Source of the DNA: Flavobacteriales bacterium
Lineage (GTDB): Bacteria > Bacteroidota > Bacteroidia > Flavobacteriales_D > Sanyastnellaceae
Reading direction: 5' to 3'
Length of the DNA stretch: 33,785 bases
Assembly: GCA_030728235.1 (NCBI GenBank)
Contig: JANRAA010000099.1
Location: 1 to 33,785 of the forward strand
Position 1 is the stretch's first letter, and every line of letters begins with the position of its first letter. This document shows, piece after piece, positions 17,598 through 27,989 of this stretch. Under the pieces are notes generated by a model. The model made no database searches. It saw only the letters and a list, made by a program, of their open reading frames with translations, and had not been told where the DNA came from. A program made the position numbers and the translations under genes.

Positions 17598-18473
17598 TCA
17601 TTTGTTCCACCCCCTCAAACAACTGCCTGTTGAAAGCACTTGATGGGTGTCTGAGTGTAAAACTAAGTCTCCTACGGCAACTTTTTCAAACCTAAACCAA
17701 ATAGTTATTAAAGTCTCAAGGGTTGAATTCGATAAACCGCTATAGGTGTTAAGCACCAAAAACCCTTGTGGTGTCAGTATTTTCGATGATTCAGACAGTA
17801 GTTCGTTAAGTTGGTCTTCTAACTTCCATTTGGTTGGATTTTTTCCACCTCCGTTTCCATAAGAGGGAGGATCCATGATGATCCCATCGTACAAATTACC
17901 TCTTTTTGCCTCTCGTTTCACAAAAGTAAGGGCATCTTCAACGGTCCAACGAATGTTTTTTAGTTTAGATGATTCCATGTTTTCACTGGCCCAATTTACG
18001 ACCGGTCGAATGCTATCGACATGTGTCACATCCGCGCCGCTGGCGCAGGCTGCCAGTGAAGCACCCCCTGTGTAAGCGAACAGGTTTAAGATTTTTGCTT
18101 TCGGTTTGTTTTGAATTTGCGTGGCAATGAACTCCCAGTTGGCGGCTTGTTCAGGGAAGACACCCACATGTTTGAAAGCCGTTAGTTTCAAATTGAAAAC
18201 AAGTTTTTGACCATTCAAAGTGTAGGCGAGTTGCCAATTTGGTTTAAAGTCTTTCGCCGTTTGCCAAATACCCGACTTTGAGTCGCGATGAACGAAAGTG
18301 GCATGACTCTGTTTCCGCCAGTCGTTTTCAGAAAGTGACTTTGGCCAAATGGCTGTAATCTCAGGTCGGCGAACCACTACAGAGCCGAACCGCTCAAGTT
18401 TTTCACCATCACCAGCATCTATTAAGTTGTAGTTTTGCCATCTTGAATCGAAGCGAGACCAATATCTTTCCAT
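17598..18473 (-). CDS. Class I SAM-dependent methyltransferase (RlmI/COG1092-like)
   Basis: Motif I NLFAYTGGASLAAC and motif IV IIMDPPSYG. 291 aa. Confidence 0.75.
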   Translation of the reverse strand: MERYWSRFDSRWQNYNLIDAGDGEKLERFGSVVVRRPEITAIWPKSLSENDWRKQSHATFVHRDSKSGIWQTAKDFKPNWQLAYTLNGQKLVFNLKLTAFKHVGVFPEQAANWEFIATQIQNKPKAKILNLFAYTGGASLAACASGADVTHVDSIRPVVNWASENMESSKLKNIRWTVEDALTFVKREAKRGNLYDGIIMDPPSYGNGGGKNPTKWKLEDQLNELLSESSKILTPQGFLVLNTYSGLSNSTLETLITIWFRFEKVAVGDLVLHSDTHQVLSTGSCLRGWNK

Positions 18474-18500
18474 GCCCGAAAGTTAGGATTCTCGCAAGGA

Positions 18501-20663
18501 ATGACCAACTTAGCATCGATGTCGAAAAAGAAACAAAATACAAGAGATAGCCGCAAGCCGCGAAATTTGCGCGCTGAAGTACTAGACGTGTTCAAACAAC
18601 AACCCCATAAGCCACTGAATTACAAGCAGGTAGCGAGCAGTATGGGCGTGTATGATGATCAGGTTCGCACTTTGATTATGACTGTTATTGAGGAGTTGGC
18701 AGAAGCTGAAAAACTTGATTCAGCCGGACGTGGGAAGTATGTTTGGAATCAACCAGCTGATAAAGGAATTGAAGGAACAATAGAAATAACGAAGTTTGGA
18801 AGAGGGTTCGTAATTGTAGACGGACAAGAAAAAGATATTCCAATTGCGAAAGGAGACACGGGTACAGCGCTTTATGGCGACAGAGTAGAAGTTGTTTTTT
18901 CTTCGTTTAGAAAAAAGCGAACTGCTCGTGTTCAAAGGGTTATTAGCCGCGCGAAAGATCAATTTGTTTGCATTTTTGATCAAAAGCGCAATGTTACTTT
19001 CGGGTTACCGACAGACCAGCGCACGCACATCGATTTCTTTATTCCACCAGCATACGGCTTGGATGCCAAACATGGTGAAAAGGTTGTTGTTGAATTGCTA
19101 GGTTGGGACGACCCAAGAGAAAACCCCGTAGGAAAAGTTGTTGAGGTATTGGGAATGCCTGGCGACAACGACGTAGAAATGCATTCGATTATGATCGAAT
19201 ATGGTTTGCCGTATCACTTTCCATCTGAAGTGCTGTACGATGCCGATCGCATTCCGAAACAGATTACATCAAAAGACATTGCGTCAAGACGTGATTTCCG
19301 CGATGTGTTGACGTTCACCATTGACCCGTATGATGCCAAAGATTTTGACGATGCGCTTTCATTGAAGCAGTTGGAAAATGGCAACTGGGAGATTGGGGTG
19401 CACATTGCAGACGTATCGCATTACCTGCGACCAGGAACCATATTGGAAGAAGAAGCATTGAAAAGAGCAACCTCGGTATATCTGGTAGACAGAACCATCC
19501 CGATGTTGCCAGAGGTTTTGAGCAATGAGCTTTGTTCATTGCGGCCGAATGAAGACAAGCTGTGCTTTTCGGCCGTTTTTGAAATGAATAACGATGCGGT
19601 AGTATTGAATAGCTGGTTTGGAAGAACGGTAATTCACTCAGACCGCCGCTTCACCTATGAGGAAGCGCAAGAAATGATTGAGGGCGCGGAAGGAGATCAT
19701 AAGGAAGCAATTTTAACGCTTGATGACCTCGCGAAGAAACTGAGAGCAAAAAGGTTCAAAGCGGGCGGTATCGACTTCAACACCGAAGAGGTGAAGTTCA
19801 AACTGGATGAAATGGGTAAACCAGTTGGTGTTTTCATAAAACGAATGAAAGATGCCAACAAACTCATTGAAGACTTCATGCTGCTGGCAAACGTGAAAGT
19901 CGCAGAACGTGTCGGACGTCCGCCAGTGGGAAAACCAAGCATGTTTGTTTATCGTATTCACGACCTTCCTGACATTGAAAAATTAAAAAACCTCAGAGAA
20001 TTTGCTGGCCGATTCGGATATGAAATGCCGAAGCCGAACAAAGAGAATGCTGAGTCGTCGATTCGTGAATTGGTATCGAAAATTGAAGGCACTCCGGAGC
20101 AAGATGTAATTAAGAACATGGCCATTCGAAGCATGGCCAAAGCCGAATATAGCACGCACAACATAGGTCACTACGGTTTGGCGTTTGATTTTTATACCCA
20201 CTTCACCTCTCCAATTCGAAGATATCCAGATGTAATGGTTCATCGACTATTGCAGCATTACCTCGATGGAGGAGCAAGTTTGGGAGCAGAGGAATACGAT
20301 AAGAAATGCCGACATTCTTCAGAAAGGGAAAAGAAAGCTGCAGAGGCTGAGCGTGCTTCTATCAAGTACAAACAAGTAGAGTTCTTGATGACGCGCATTG
20401 GGGAAACGTTCAAAGGTATTTTATCAGGTGTTACTGCACGCGGTCTGTACGTTGAGATCATAGAAAATAAATGCGAAGGAATGGTAAGCTTGGATAGCCT
20501 GTACGACGATGATTACTACTACGATGAAGCCAAACTTTGTCTGCGTGGCAGAAGCACAGGAAAAGAGTATCATTTTGGAGATGAGATCGTTGTGACGGTT
20601 TCAGGAGCAAACCTTCAAAAGCGTCAATTGGACTTTAAAATAGCAGATGTTTATTCGGTGTGA
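18501..20663 (+). CDS. rnr: Ribonuclease R
   Basis: 720 aa with the RNB catalytic segment TIDPYDAKDFDDALS, HYGLAFDFYTHFTSPIRRYPD and a C-terminal S1 domain. An alternative start lies at 18519 (MSKKKQ). Confidence 0.95.
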   Translation: MTNLASMSKKKQNTRDSRKPRNLRAEVLDVFKQQPHKPLNYKQVASSMGVYDDQVRTLIMTVIEELAEAEKLDSAGRGKYVWNQPADKGIEGTIEITKFGRGFVIVDGQEKDIPIAKGDTGTALYGDRVEVVFSSFRKKRTARVQRVISRAKDQFVCIFDQKRNVTFGLPTDQRTHIDFFIPPAYGLDAKHGEKVVVELLGWDDPRENPVGKVVEVLGMPGDNDVEMHSIMIEYGLPYHFPSEVLYDADRIPKQITSKDIASRRDFRDVLTFTIDPYDAKDFDDALSLKQLENGNWEIGVHIADVSHYLRPGTILEEEALKRATSVYLVDRTIPMLPEVLSNELCSLRPNEDKLCFSAVFEMNNDAVVLNSWFGRTVIHSDRRFTYEEAQEMIEGAEGDHKEAILTLDDLAKKLRAKRFKAGGIDFNTEEVKFKLDEMGKPVGVFIKRMKDANKLIEDFMLLANVKVAERVGRPPVGKPSMFVYRIHDLPDIEKLKNLREFAGRFGYEMPKPNKENAESSIRELVSKIEGTPEQDVIKNMAIRSMAKAEYSTHNIGHYGLAFDFYTHFTSPIRRYPDVMVHRLLQHYLDGGASLGAEEYDKKCRHSSEREKKAAEAERASIKYKQVEFLMTRIGETFKGILSGVTARGLYVEIIENKCEGMVSLDSLYDDDYYYDEAKLCLRGRSTGKEYHFGDEIVVTVSGANLQKRQLDFKIADVYSV

Positions 20664-20712
20664 ACCGGATTAATACTTAAATTCGGTAATAAGAAATCTT
20701 AATCAATGCTTT

Positions 20713-22176
20713 ATGAAACGAATTTTATTATCCCTTTTTATTGTCTTAACTACATTGGCGAGCCAAGCGCAATTGCCAAGTGGGGTGTTAGCACCAAACT
20801 TTACGACTACTGATCTTGATGGAAACACATACGAGTTGTACGACTTGCTTTCGCAAGGATATACAGTTGTAATGGATATTTCTGCTACATGGTGCGGACC
20901 ATGTTGGTCATACCATACAGGTCAGTACAATGGATCTAACGGCGAAGGCGCCTTGCATGCTTTGCACAATGAGCACGGCATTGATGCTGGAGGCAACGTG
21001 TTTGTAATCTACATAGAAGGTGATGCACAAACTACACTTGCTGATTTGAACGGCACAGGGGCAGCAACACAAGGTGACTGGGTAGCTGGCACGCCATATC
21101 CAATTGCTGATGATGCGGCAGTAGCCGACTTGTATGAGATTGGATATTTCCCAACCATCTACACGATCTGTCCGAATGGAATTGTTTACGAAACGGGTCA
21201 ACTTACAGTTGAAGACCATTGGGCATTTATTGAAGACCTCGATTGTCAGACAGTTTCTTCAAATGACGCAATCATCATCGACTACGTAGGCGTAGATTTT
21301 ACTTGCGATATCGTAGATGTAGAAGTTGAGTTTGCAAACATCGGTTTGGAAGACATTACAGCGTTGTCGTTTACTGTTACGGGTGTGAACCCGGAGTTGT
21401 CTTACGACTGGTCGGGTGTATTGAGCACGTTTGAATCGACTACAATCAACCTTGGAACAACAAGTGTTGTTTCTGGACAAGAAGTTGTAATTTCAATTGT
21501 AACGCTGGATGATAATGCTTCGAACAACATGACTTCTGTTGCGCTTTCAGCTACTGAATCGACAACTCACATACACTTTAGCATGTTGACCGACGAATAC
21601 CCTGGCGATTACAGAATCACCATTTTTGACGACAACAACAACGCGGTTGCATCTGGTGGCCCATGGGCTGATTTTGATGTTCAATTGGATCCGATGCAGA
21701 TTGATGAAGATTACTATTTGCCTGCAACAGGATGTTACAGCGTTGTGATTTACGACGATTTCGGTGATGGTTTGTATTCAGGATATGCATCAGCCTATGG
21801 TGTGGAGGCGAACGGAGTTTCAATGGCTAACATCGTAAACGTTGCTTTGGGTGTTCCTTTTGAAACATTCAGCGGAGCTACAAGTGTTTCAGAAGTAGTA
21901 TCTGTAGCTGAAACGAATTTTGTTTCGGATTTCGTTGCTTACCCAAACCCAACAGACAACATGTTGAATGTTCGCTTCACTTCATTGAATGGAGGAAAGT
22001 ACGCTGTTGTTGTTATGAATACTATGGGTCAGCGTGTAGCTGAATACGCTTTGGGCACCCTTTCAACAGGGGTTCAACAGACTTCACTTGATCTTTCGAA
22101 CCTTTCTTCAGGAGTTTATATGCTTCGCTTGTCTTCAGAACAAGGCGAAACGACTATGCCTGTAATCGTTCGTTAA
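20713..22176 (+). CDS. T9SS-secreted protein with N-terminal thioredoxin-like domain (WCGPC)
   Basis: Signal peptide, then a TlpA/thioredoxin-like region with ISATWCGPCW. This is followed by a CARDB-like middle region, a DxFGDG module, and the type A CTD (FVAYPNPTDNMLNVRF...GVYMLRL...PVIVR). Confidence 0.8.
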   Translation: MKRILLSLFIVLTTLASQAQLPSGVLAPNFTTTDLDGNTYELYDLLSQGYTVVMDISATWCGPCWSYHTGQYNGSNGEGALHALHNEHGIDAGGNVFVIYIEGDAQTTLADLNGTGAATQGDWVAGTPYPIADDAAVADLYEIGYFPTIYTICPNGIVYETGQLTVEDHWAFIEDLDCQTVSSNDAIIIDYVGVDFTCDIVDVEVEFANIGLEDITALSFTVTGVNPELSYDWSGVLSTFESTTINLGTTSVVSGQEVVISIVTLDDNASNNMTSVALSATESTTHIHFSMLTDEYPGDYRITIFDDNNNAVASGGPWADFDVQLDPMQIDEDYYLPATGCYSVVIYDDFGDGLYSGYASAYGVEANGVSMANIVNVALGVPFETFSGATSVSEVVSVAETNFVSDFVAYPNPTDNMLNVRFTSLNGGKYAVVVMNTMGQRVAEYALGTLSTGVQQTSLDLSNLSSGVYMLRLSSEQGETTMPVIVR

Positions 22177-22196
22177 TAGAAAAGACATTTAAAAAA

Positions 22197-22228
22197 GAGG
22201 CGGTCTAAATCAGACCGCCTCTTTTTTT
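22197..22228. terminator. Bidirectional rho-independent terminator
   Basis: Hairpin GAGGCGGTCT/AGACCGCCTC with loop AAATC. An A6 run lies upstream and a T7 run downstream, between convergent genes. Confidence 0.7.
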
Positions 22229-22238
22229 ATTGAGTTTT

Positions 22239-23885
<1,647 letters not shown>

Positions 23886-23900
23886 CTAAGCTGGAGTACG

Positions 23901-23908
23901 CAAATGTA
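23901..23908 (-). promoter_or_regulatory. -7 box TACATTTG (minus strand) upstream of the ABC-F gene
   Basis: Exact TAnnTTTG, 55 nt upstream of the GTG at 23846. Confidence 0.3.
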
Positions 23909-23923
23909 TTGTGCTACAACTAC

Positions 23924-24706
23924 TTATTTCTTCAATCCTTCTGCAGCCATCTTCAACTTGTTCAGTCGTTGCTGTTCTTTTTCTACAACAGATTTTTGAG
24001 TCTCTTGATCCTTTATATTCTTTTCTATTTCTCCTTCGAGGTTAGAAACATCGGTTTTAGCTTTTTCGATATCAGCTTTCAATTGCTCAATTTTCGCAAG
24101 AGCATCTGTAATTTCTTTTTCAGCCTTGGCCATGTCTTCAGTTCGCTGCTCTTTTGATTTCACAAGTCCTTCACCTTCTTTCACTGCTTTGGCCATGTTC
24201 TTTTCTTCTTTCGAGAAGTTTTTCTCTTGATCAGAGATTACATCTTGGTACAAACCATTGTAGTGCTCTTTTGCAAACGCCTTTAATAGCGATTCCATAC
24301 GATCAGCTGCTGAGCTATTGAAGTTAGAGTCGAGCGCTTTCCCGCCAAGATCAACCACAACATCTGCTGTTACCATCCCATCCTTTTCGTCGAAAAGAAG
24401 AATTAGAGTGACAGTTTCATTTATAACATCAGACATTGTTACACCCAACGCCTCTTGATTTCCCTTGTTTTTTTTGAAGTCGGCCTTGTAACGTGAAGAG
24501 AAGTATTTCACCAAATCTTTTTCTACATCACTGCTTTTGCCATGAACTTTAAGACTGAACGCATTGAAAGATGACTTTTGAACCTTCACATCACGTTCTT
24601 GAATTTGAATAGCGGGAGCTGTTCCGAGCGATTCGATCAATTCGTCTTGAGAATGCAGGTTGACGCAGAATAAGATGCTGGCGATAATGAATATAGACTT
24701 CAACAT
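23924..24706 (-). CDS. Secreted protein with C-terminal coiled coil (hypothetical)
   Basis: The start at MLKSIFIIASILFCVNLHSQ (ATG at 24706) gives a signal peptide. The C-terminal roughly 90 aa are K/E-rich heptad-like (AKIEQLKADIEKAKTDVSNLEGEIEKNIKD). Confidence 0.65.
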   Translation of the reverse strand: MLKSIFIIASILFCVNLHSQDELIESLGTAPAIQIQERDVKVQKSSFNAFSLKVHGKSSDVEKDLVKYFSSRYKADFKKNKGNQEALGVTMSDVINETVTLILLFDEKDGMVTADVVVDLGGKALDSNFNSSAADRMESLLKAFAKEHYNGLYQDVISDQEKNFSKEEKNMAKAVKEGEGLVKSKEQRTEDMAKAEKEITDALAKIEQLKADIEKAKTDVSNLEGEIEKNIKDQETQKSVVEKEQQRLNKLKMAAEGLKK

Positions 24707-24819
24707 GGTGTTGGTTTTTTTGGTTGTTGTGAAATTAGAGATTTCTATTGACTTGATTCCGGTTATTCTTCGCATCTACAAAGTTTTAAGCCCTGTTAGC
24801 AAAGACGGATGGTGGAATC

Positions 24820-27816
24820 GTGATTTTTAGACGTCGAATGCAGACCTTTGGTCACATGTTGCAGAATGGAGAACAGCCAGAAGAAAAAATCGCTCTATTA
24901 CCGGGGTTCGTCAAAGTTGTTTTAATTGAAAAATTAGGTGATTATCGCTGGCTAGTTGAGGCCGAACAGCAATCAATACTCGAATTATCGAAGACGTTGG
25001 ATTGTGACATTCTCAATGTTGGCGACACCATTGGGTTGTTACGTCCAGCAAGAATGGTTGGTGAGAACATCACCTTCAAGTGCGATTTATGGGTTTATGA
25101 GCCTGATTATCTGGTTGATGTATCTGCCTTAGCAGAGTGTTTTCACCAGTTTTCGGGGACTTCTTTGCAGGTGTCTTCATTGTATTTTTTAAATCGATAT
25201 CGAAAAAAGGAATGGTCGACGCCATTGTTTACTGGAAACCTCGCTAACTTTTTTCTCGACGCCATTTTAACCATAGACACCCCGCAGTTCAGCGCATTGT
25301 TTAAAGAGACATTCTCTTTTTTCCCACTCGAATACATGCATCTTTTTCCCGATGACTCGTCGTTGATATCATTCCGAAACAGTATTGCGAAGAGGCATTT
25401 TATGAATTTAATTCGGGTTGTTTCGGTTGAGTTTCCAGTTTTGAATCCACCGCTCAACGCGGATAAAACCATGCTCGAGCCATCGTTTGTATCGCCTGAG
25501 TTAGGTTTGCAAGGACGATTGGATGCTCTTTCTTTGGGAGATGGCGCGTGTACAATTGTTGAATTGAAATCGGGTAAATCACCGTGGCCGCCTGCCGACC
25601 CAACGGCCATTGGAGAAAACCATGCTTTTCAGTCGCATATGTACCGCATGATTGTTAACCAAGTGTTGGGCATCGTTGAAGACAAAACCAAAGTCTACGT
25701 CCTCTATTCAGCAGCCGAGATGGGAAGCAATTTAAGGAGGGTGAATAGCACCAAAACCACATCAGCCAGGGTTTTGAATGTAAGGAACAGCATAGTAAGT
25801 GATGAGAAAAGAACCGCTTTTCCTGATAGCGCTACCAGTCTTTGGAACACCATGTTGGACTGGGGAAGGCTGCGGCTTCAGGATCTCAAGTTTCCCGTTT
25901 TTTTCTCTGAAAAGTTCGATTTCCACCTATCGAAAATGCGATCAACCGACGTTCAGCGGAGGGCCTATTTGCTTGCTTTCTCAGAGTATATTTCAAAAGA
26001 ACAATGGCTGGCGAAGATGGGGAATGAGCGGGGGCGTTCTGGAGCGAGGGGGTTGTGGACAGATGATGAGGCTACCGCATCAACTTTTTTGGGCCCAGCC
26101 CGAATCATTGAGAATAAAATTGCGACCGTTGAGCAAACCTTGCGATTCAAAATCGATCAGGTTGACGATCAAATTTATGATTTCAGGGCGGGCGATTTAT
26201 GTGTTTTATTTCCTGAACATGAGGGTGTATTCAACGCCGGACGTGTTCAAATAACCAAAGGTGTACTCCGCAACGAGCCAGATGAAAGCGGCGAGTTTGA
26301 GGTTTACTTTCGCCACCCACAAAGGGTAAGTGGTTATTTTGATCAAGAAAAGCTTTGGACAGTTCGGCACGACCATTTGGATGTTGTGCACCACGCCATG
26401 CATCGCGAATTGTTTGCCTTTTGCACCGATGAGTGTGTGGATGTTTCAGGATTGTTGACCCCAGCACCCATTGCAGAAACCTCAGTGCAAGGGGAGTGGA
26501 TTTCTGATGTCGACCACCCCAATATGGAAAGTCGTAAATCGCTGAATAAGTTGATTTCTCTAGCCATTGCGGCACCAAGACAGTTCTTGCTCATTGGTCC
26601 ACCTGGAACGGGTAAGACATCCATGTTTCTAAAGTATTACATCCGCGCAGACCGAAAGACAAAAAGCAGCAACATGCTCATTTTGGCTTACACCAATCGC
26701 GCTGTTGATGAGATTTGTGCAGTTTTGACAGACTTAAGTGAAGTTGGTGAAGATCGATACTATCGTGTTGGAAGCAGAAACACATGCGACCAAAGGTACC
26801 ATGCAAACCTATTGGTGGAAATCGCCGCCACGGCAGAAAACCGGGCCAGTTTAAAAGCAGATTTAGCGAAGAGGAATGTAGTGGTTTGCACTGTTGCCAC
26901 AGCCATTACGAGAAGTGAGTTACTTGACCCTAAAAACTTCAGTACCGTAATTGTTGATGAAGCATCGCAGGTATTGGAACCTATGCTCGTGAACGTTTTG
27001 GGAAGGGTTAAGAAGTTCATTCTGATAGGTGATGACAAGCAACTGCCGGCAGTTTCTTTGCAGTCGCAAACCAGCGCGAGGATTGAACATGAGGCAATTC
27101 GAGCCATAGGCATGGAGCGGACAACGAATTCCTTGTTTGAACGGCTATTATCGGTCAGTAAACCAGAGAATAGAGGCACACTGATTCATCAAGGGCGGAT
27201 GCATCCGCTTTTAGCGAATTTTATAAGTGAGAAGTGGTACAATGGTGTTTTGGTTTCAGCCGAAAAACCGCACCAAAAGGAACCAACTAAGATTCTTGAG
27301 CTGCCTGAGCATTTGAGAGATCGATTGATGTTTTATGAAGTTGCCCCAGAGGGAGGGGTAAACATGAAATCGAACGAGACGGAAGCCAAAGCCGTGGTAG
27401 AGCTCATTAACGAGCTCATTTTAGCAGGAGTAGAAGAAAGTAAAATAGGAGTTGTTGTGCCTTTTCGAAATCAAGCAGCACTTATTCGCAAGAAGCTCGG
27501 CAGCATTGCAACGAATGCGCTTGTTGTAGACACTGTTGAGCGTTTTCAAGGCAGTCAGAGAGACCACATTTTGTTTTGCACCACCATTCAAAAACAAAGT
27601 GAATTGGATTTGTTGCGGGAGTTATCGGATGTACAAGGAGTAAGTGTAGATCGGAAGATGAATGTGGCATATACCAGGGCCCGTAAACAGTTCGTTCTTT
27701 TCGGCAATAGCGTTGCGTTAAATGGAGATGTCCATTACGCCGATTTATTGCGTTACATTGAAGAAGTAGGAAGAATTATTCCATGTTTCGAAATCAAATC
27801 AACGTCAGATTTATAA
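24820..27816 (+). CDS. Fused PD-(D/E)xK (RecB/Cas4/Dna2-type) nuclease and SF1B Upf1/Dna2-like helicase
   Basis: 998 aa. Nuclease motifs: E220, GRLD235, VE248-L-K250 and Q271-SHM-Y275. Helicase motifs: GPPGTGKT (593-600), ILAYTNRAVDE, VDEASQ (712-717), FILIGDDKQLPAV, HQGRMH, VDTVERFQGSQRDHILF and NVAYTRARKQFVLFG. The start is ambiguous (GTG 24820, ATG 24838 or ATG 24856). Confidence 0.9.
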   Translation: MIFRRRMQTFGHMLQNGEQPEEKIALLPGFVKVVLIEKLGDYRWLVEAEQQSILELSKTLDCDILNVGDTIGLLRPARMVGENITFKCDLWVYEPDYLVDVSALAECFHQFSGTSLQVSSLYFLNRYRKKEWSTPLFTGNLANFFLDAILTIDTPQFSALFKETFSFFPLEYMHLFPDDSSLISFRNSIAKRHFMNLIRVVSVEFPVLNPPLNADKTMLEPSFVSPELGLQGRLDALSLGDGACTIVELKSGKSPWPPADPTAIGENHAFQSHMYRMIVNQVLGIVEDKTKVYVLYSAAEMGSNLRRVNSTKTTSARVLNVRNSIVSDEKRTAFPDSATSLWNTMLDWGRLRLQDLKFPVFFSEKFDFHLSKMRSTDVQRRAYLLAFSEYISKEQWLAKMGNERGRSGARGLWTDDEATASTFLGPARIIENKIATVEQTLRFKIDQVDDQIYDFRAGDLCVLFPEHEGVFNAGRVQITKGVLRNEPDESGEFEVYFRHPQRVSGYFDQEKLWTVRHDHLDVVHHAMHRELFAFCTDECVDVSGLLTPAPIAETSVQGEWISDVDHPNMESRKSLNKLISLAIAAPRQFLLIGPPGTGKTSMFLKYYIRADRKTKSSNMLILAYTNRAVDEICAVLTDLSEVGEDRYYRVGSRNTCDQRYHANLLVEIAATAENRASLKADLAKRNVVVCTVATAITRSELLDPKNFSTVIVDEASQVLEPMLVNVLGRVKKFILIGDDKQLPAVSLQSQTSARIEHEAIRAIGMERTTNSLFERLLSVSKPENRGTLIHQGRMHPLLANFISEKWYNGVLVSAEKPHQKEPTKILELPEHLRDRLMFYEVAPEGGVNMKSNETEAKAVVELINELILAGVEESKIGVVVPFRNQAALIRKKLGSIATNALVVDTVERFQGSQRDHILFCTTIQKQSELDLLRELSDVQGVSVDRKMNVAYTRARKQFVLFGNSVALNGDVHYADLLRYIEEVGRIIPCFEIKSTSDL

Positions 27817-27834
27817 TTAACTTAAGGAATTCAT

Positions 27835-27842
27835 TACTTTTG
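27835..27842 (+). promoter_or_regulatory. -7 box TACTTTTG upstream of tRNA-Met
   Basis: Exact TAnnTTTG, 21 nt upstream of the mature tRNA 5' end. Confidence 0.4.
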
Positions 27843-27862
27843 CGCCGTTCAAATTTAGAACA

Positions 27863-27936
27863 GCGCCCATAGCTCAGTTGGTTAGAGCATCTGACTCATA
27901 ATCAGAGGGTCCTAGGTTCAAGCCCTAGTGGGCGCA
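27863..27936 (+). tRNA. tRNA with CAT anticodon (elongator Met, or Ile2 if lysidine-modified)
   Basis: Hand-folded cloverleaf. Acceptor GCGCCCA/TGGGCGC, D arm GCTC-AGTTGGTTA-GAGC, anticodon arm TCTGA-CTCATAA-TCAGA, T arm CTAGG-TTCAAGC-CCTAG, discriminator A. CCA is not encoded. Not an initiator (1:72 is paired, and there is no triple G-C in the anticodon stem). Confidence 0.9.
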
Positions 27937-27942
27937 CTATTT

Positions 27943-27970
27943 GGCCTGAGATTCGTTTCAGGCCTTTTTT
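27943..27970 (+). terminator. Rho-independent terminator between the two tRNA genes
   Basis: Hairpin GGCCTGA/TCAGGCC with an 8-nt loop, followed by T6. Confidence 0.6.
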
Positions 27971-27989
27971 ATCTTCATCAAGAAGATTT

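Noticed and set aside
25143-27179. Several 60-155-aa ORFs on both strands inside the nuclease-helicase gene (e.g. 25143-25610 minus, 25799-26254 plus, 26760-27179 minus). They were considered as possible hidden partner genes such as an antitoxin or immunity gene.
   Set aside because: All lie wholly within the 998-aa ORF, whose catalytic motifs are continuous in one frame. Their translations lack motifs and have off-frame composition, and they have no independent promoter or terminator signals.
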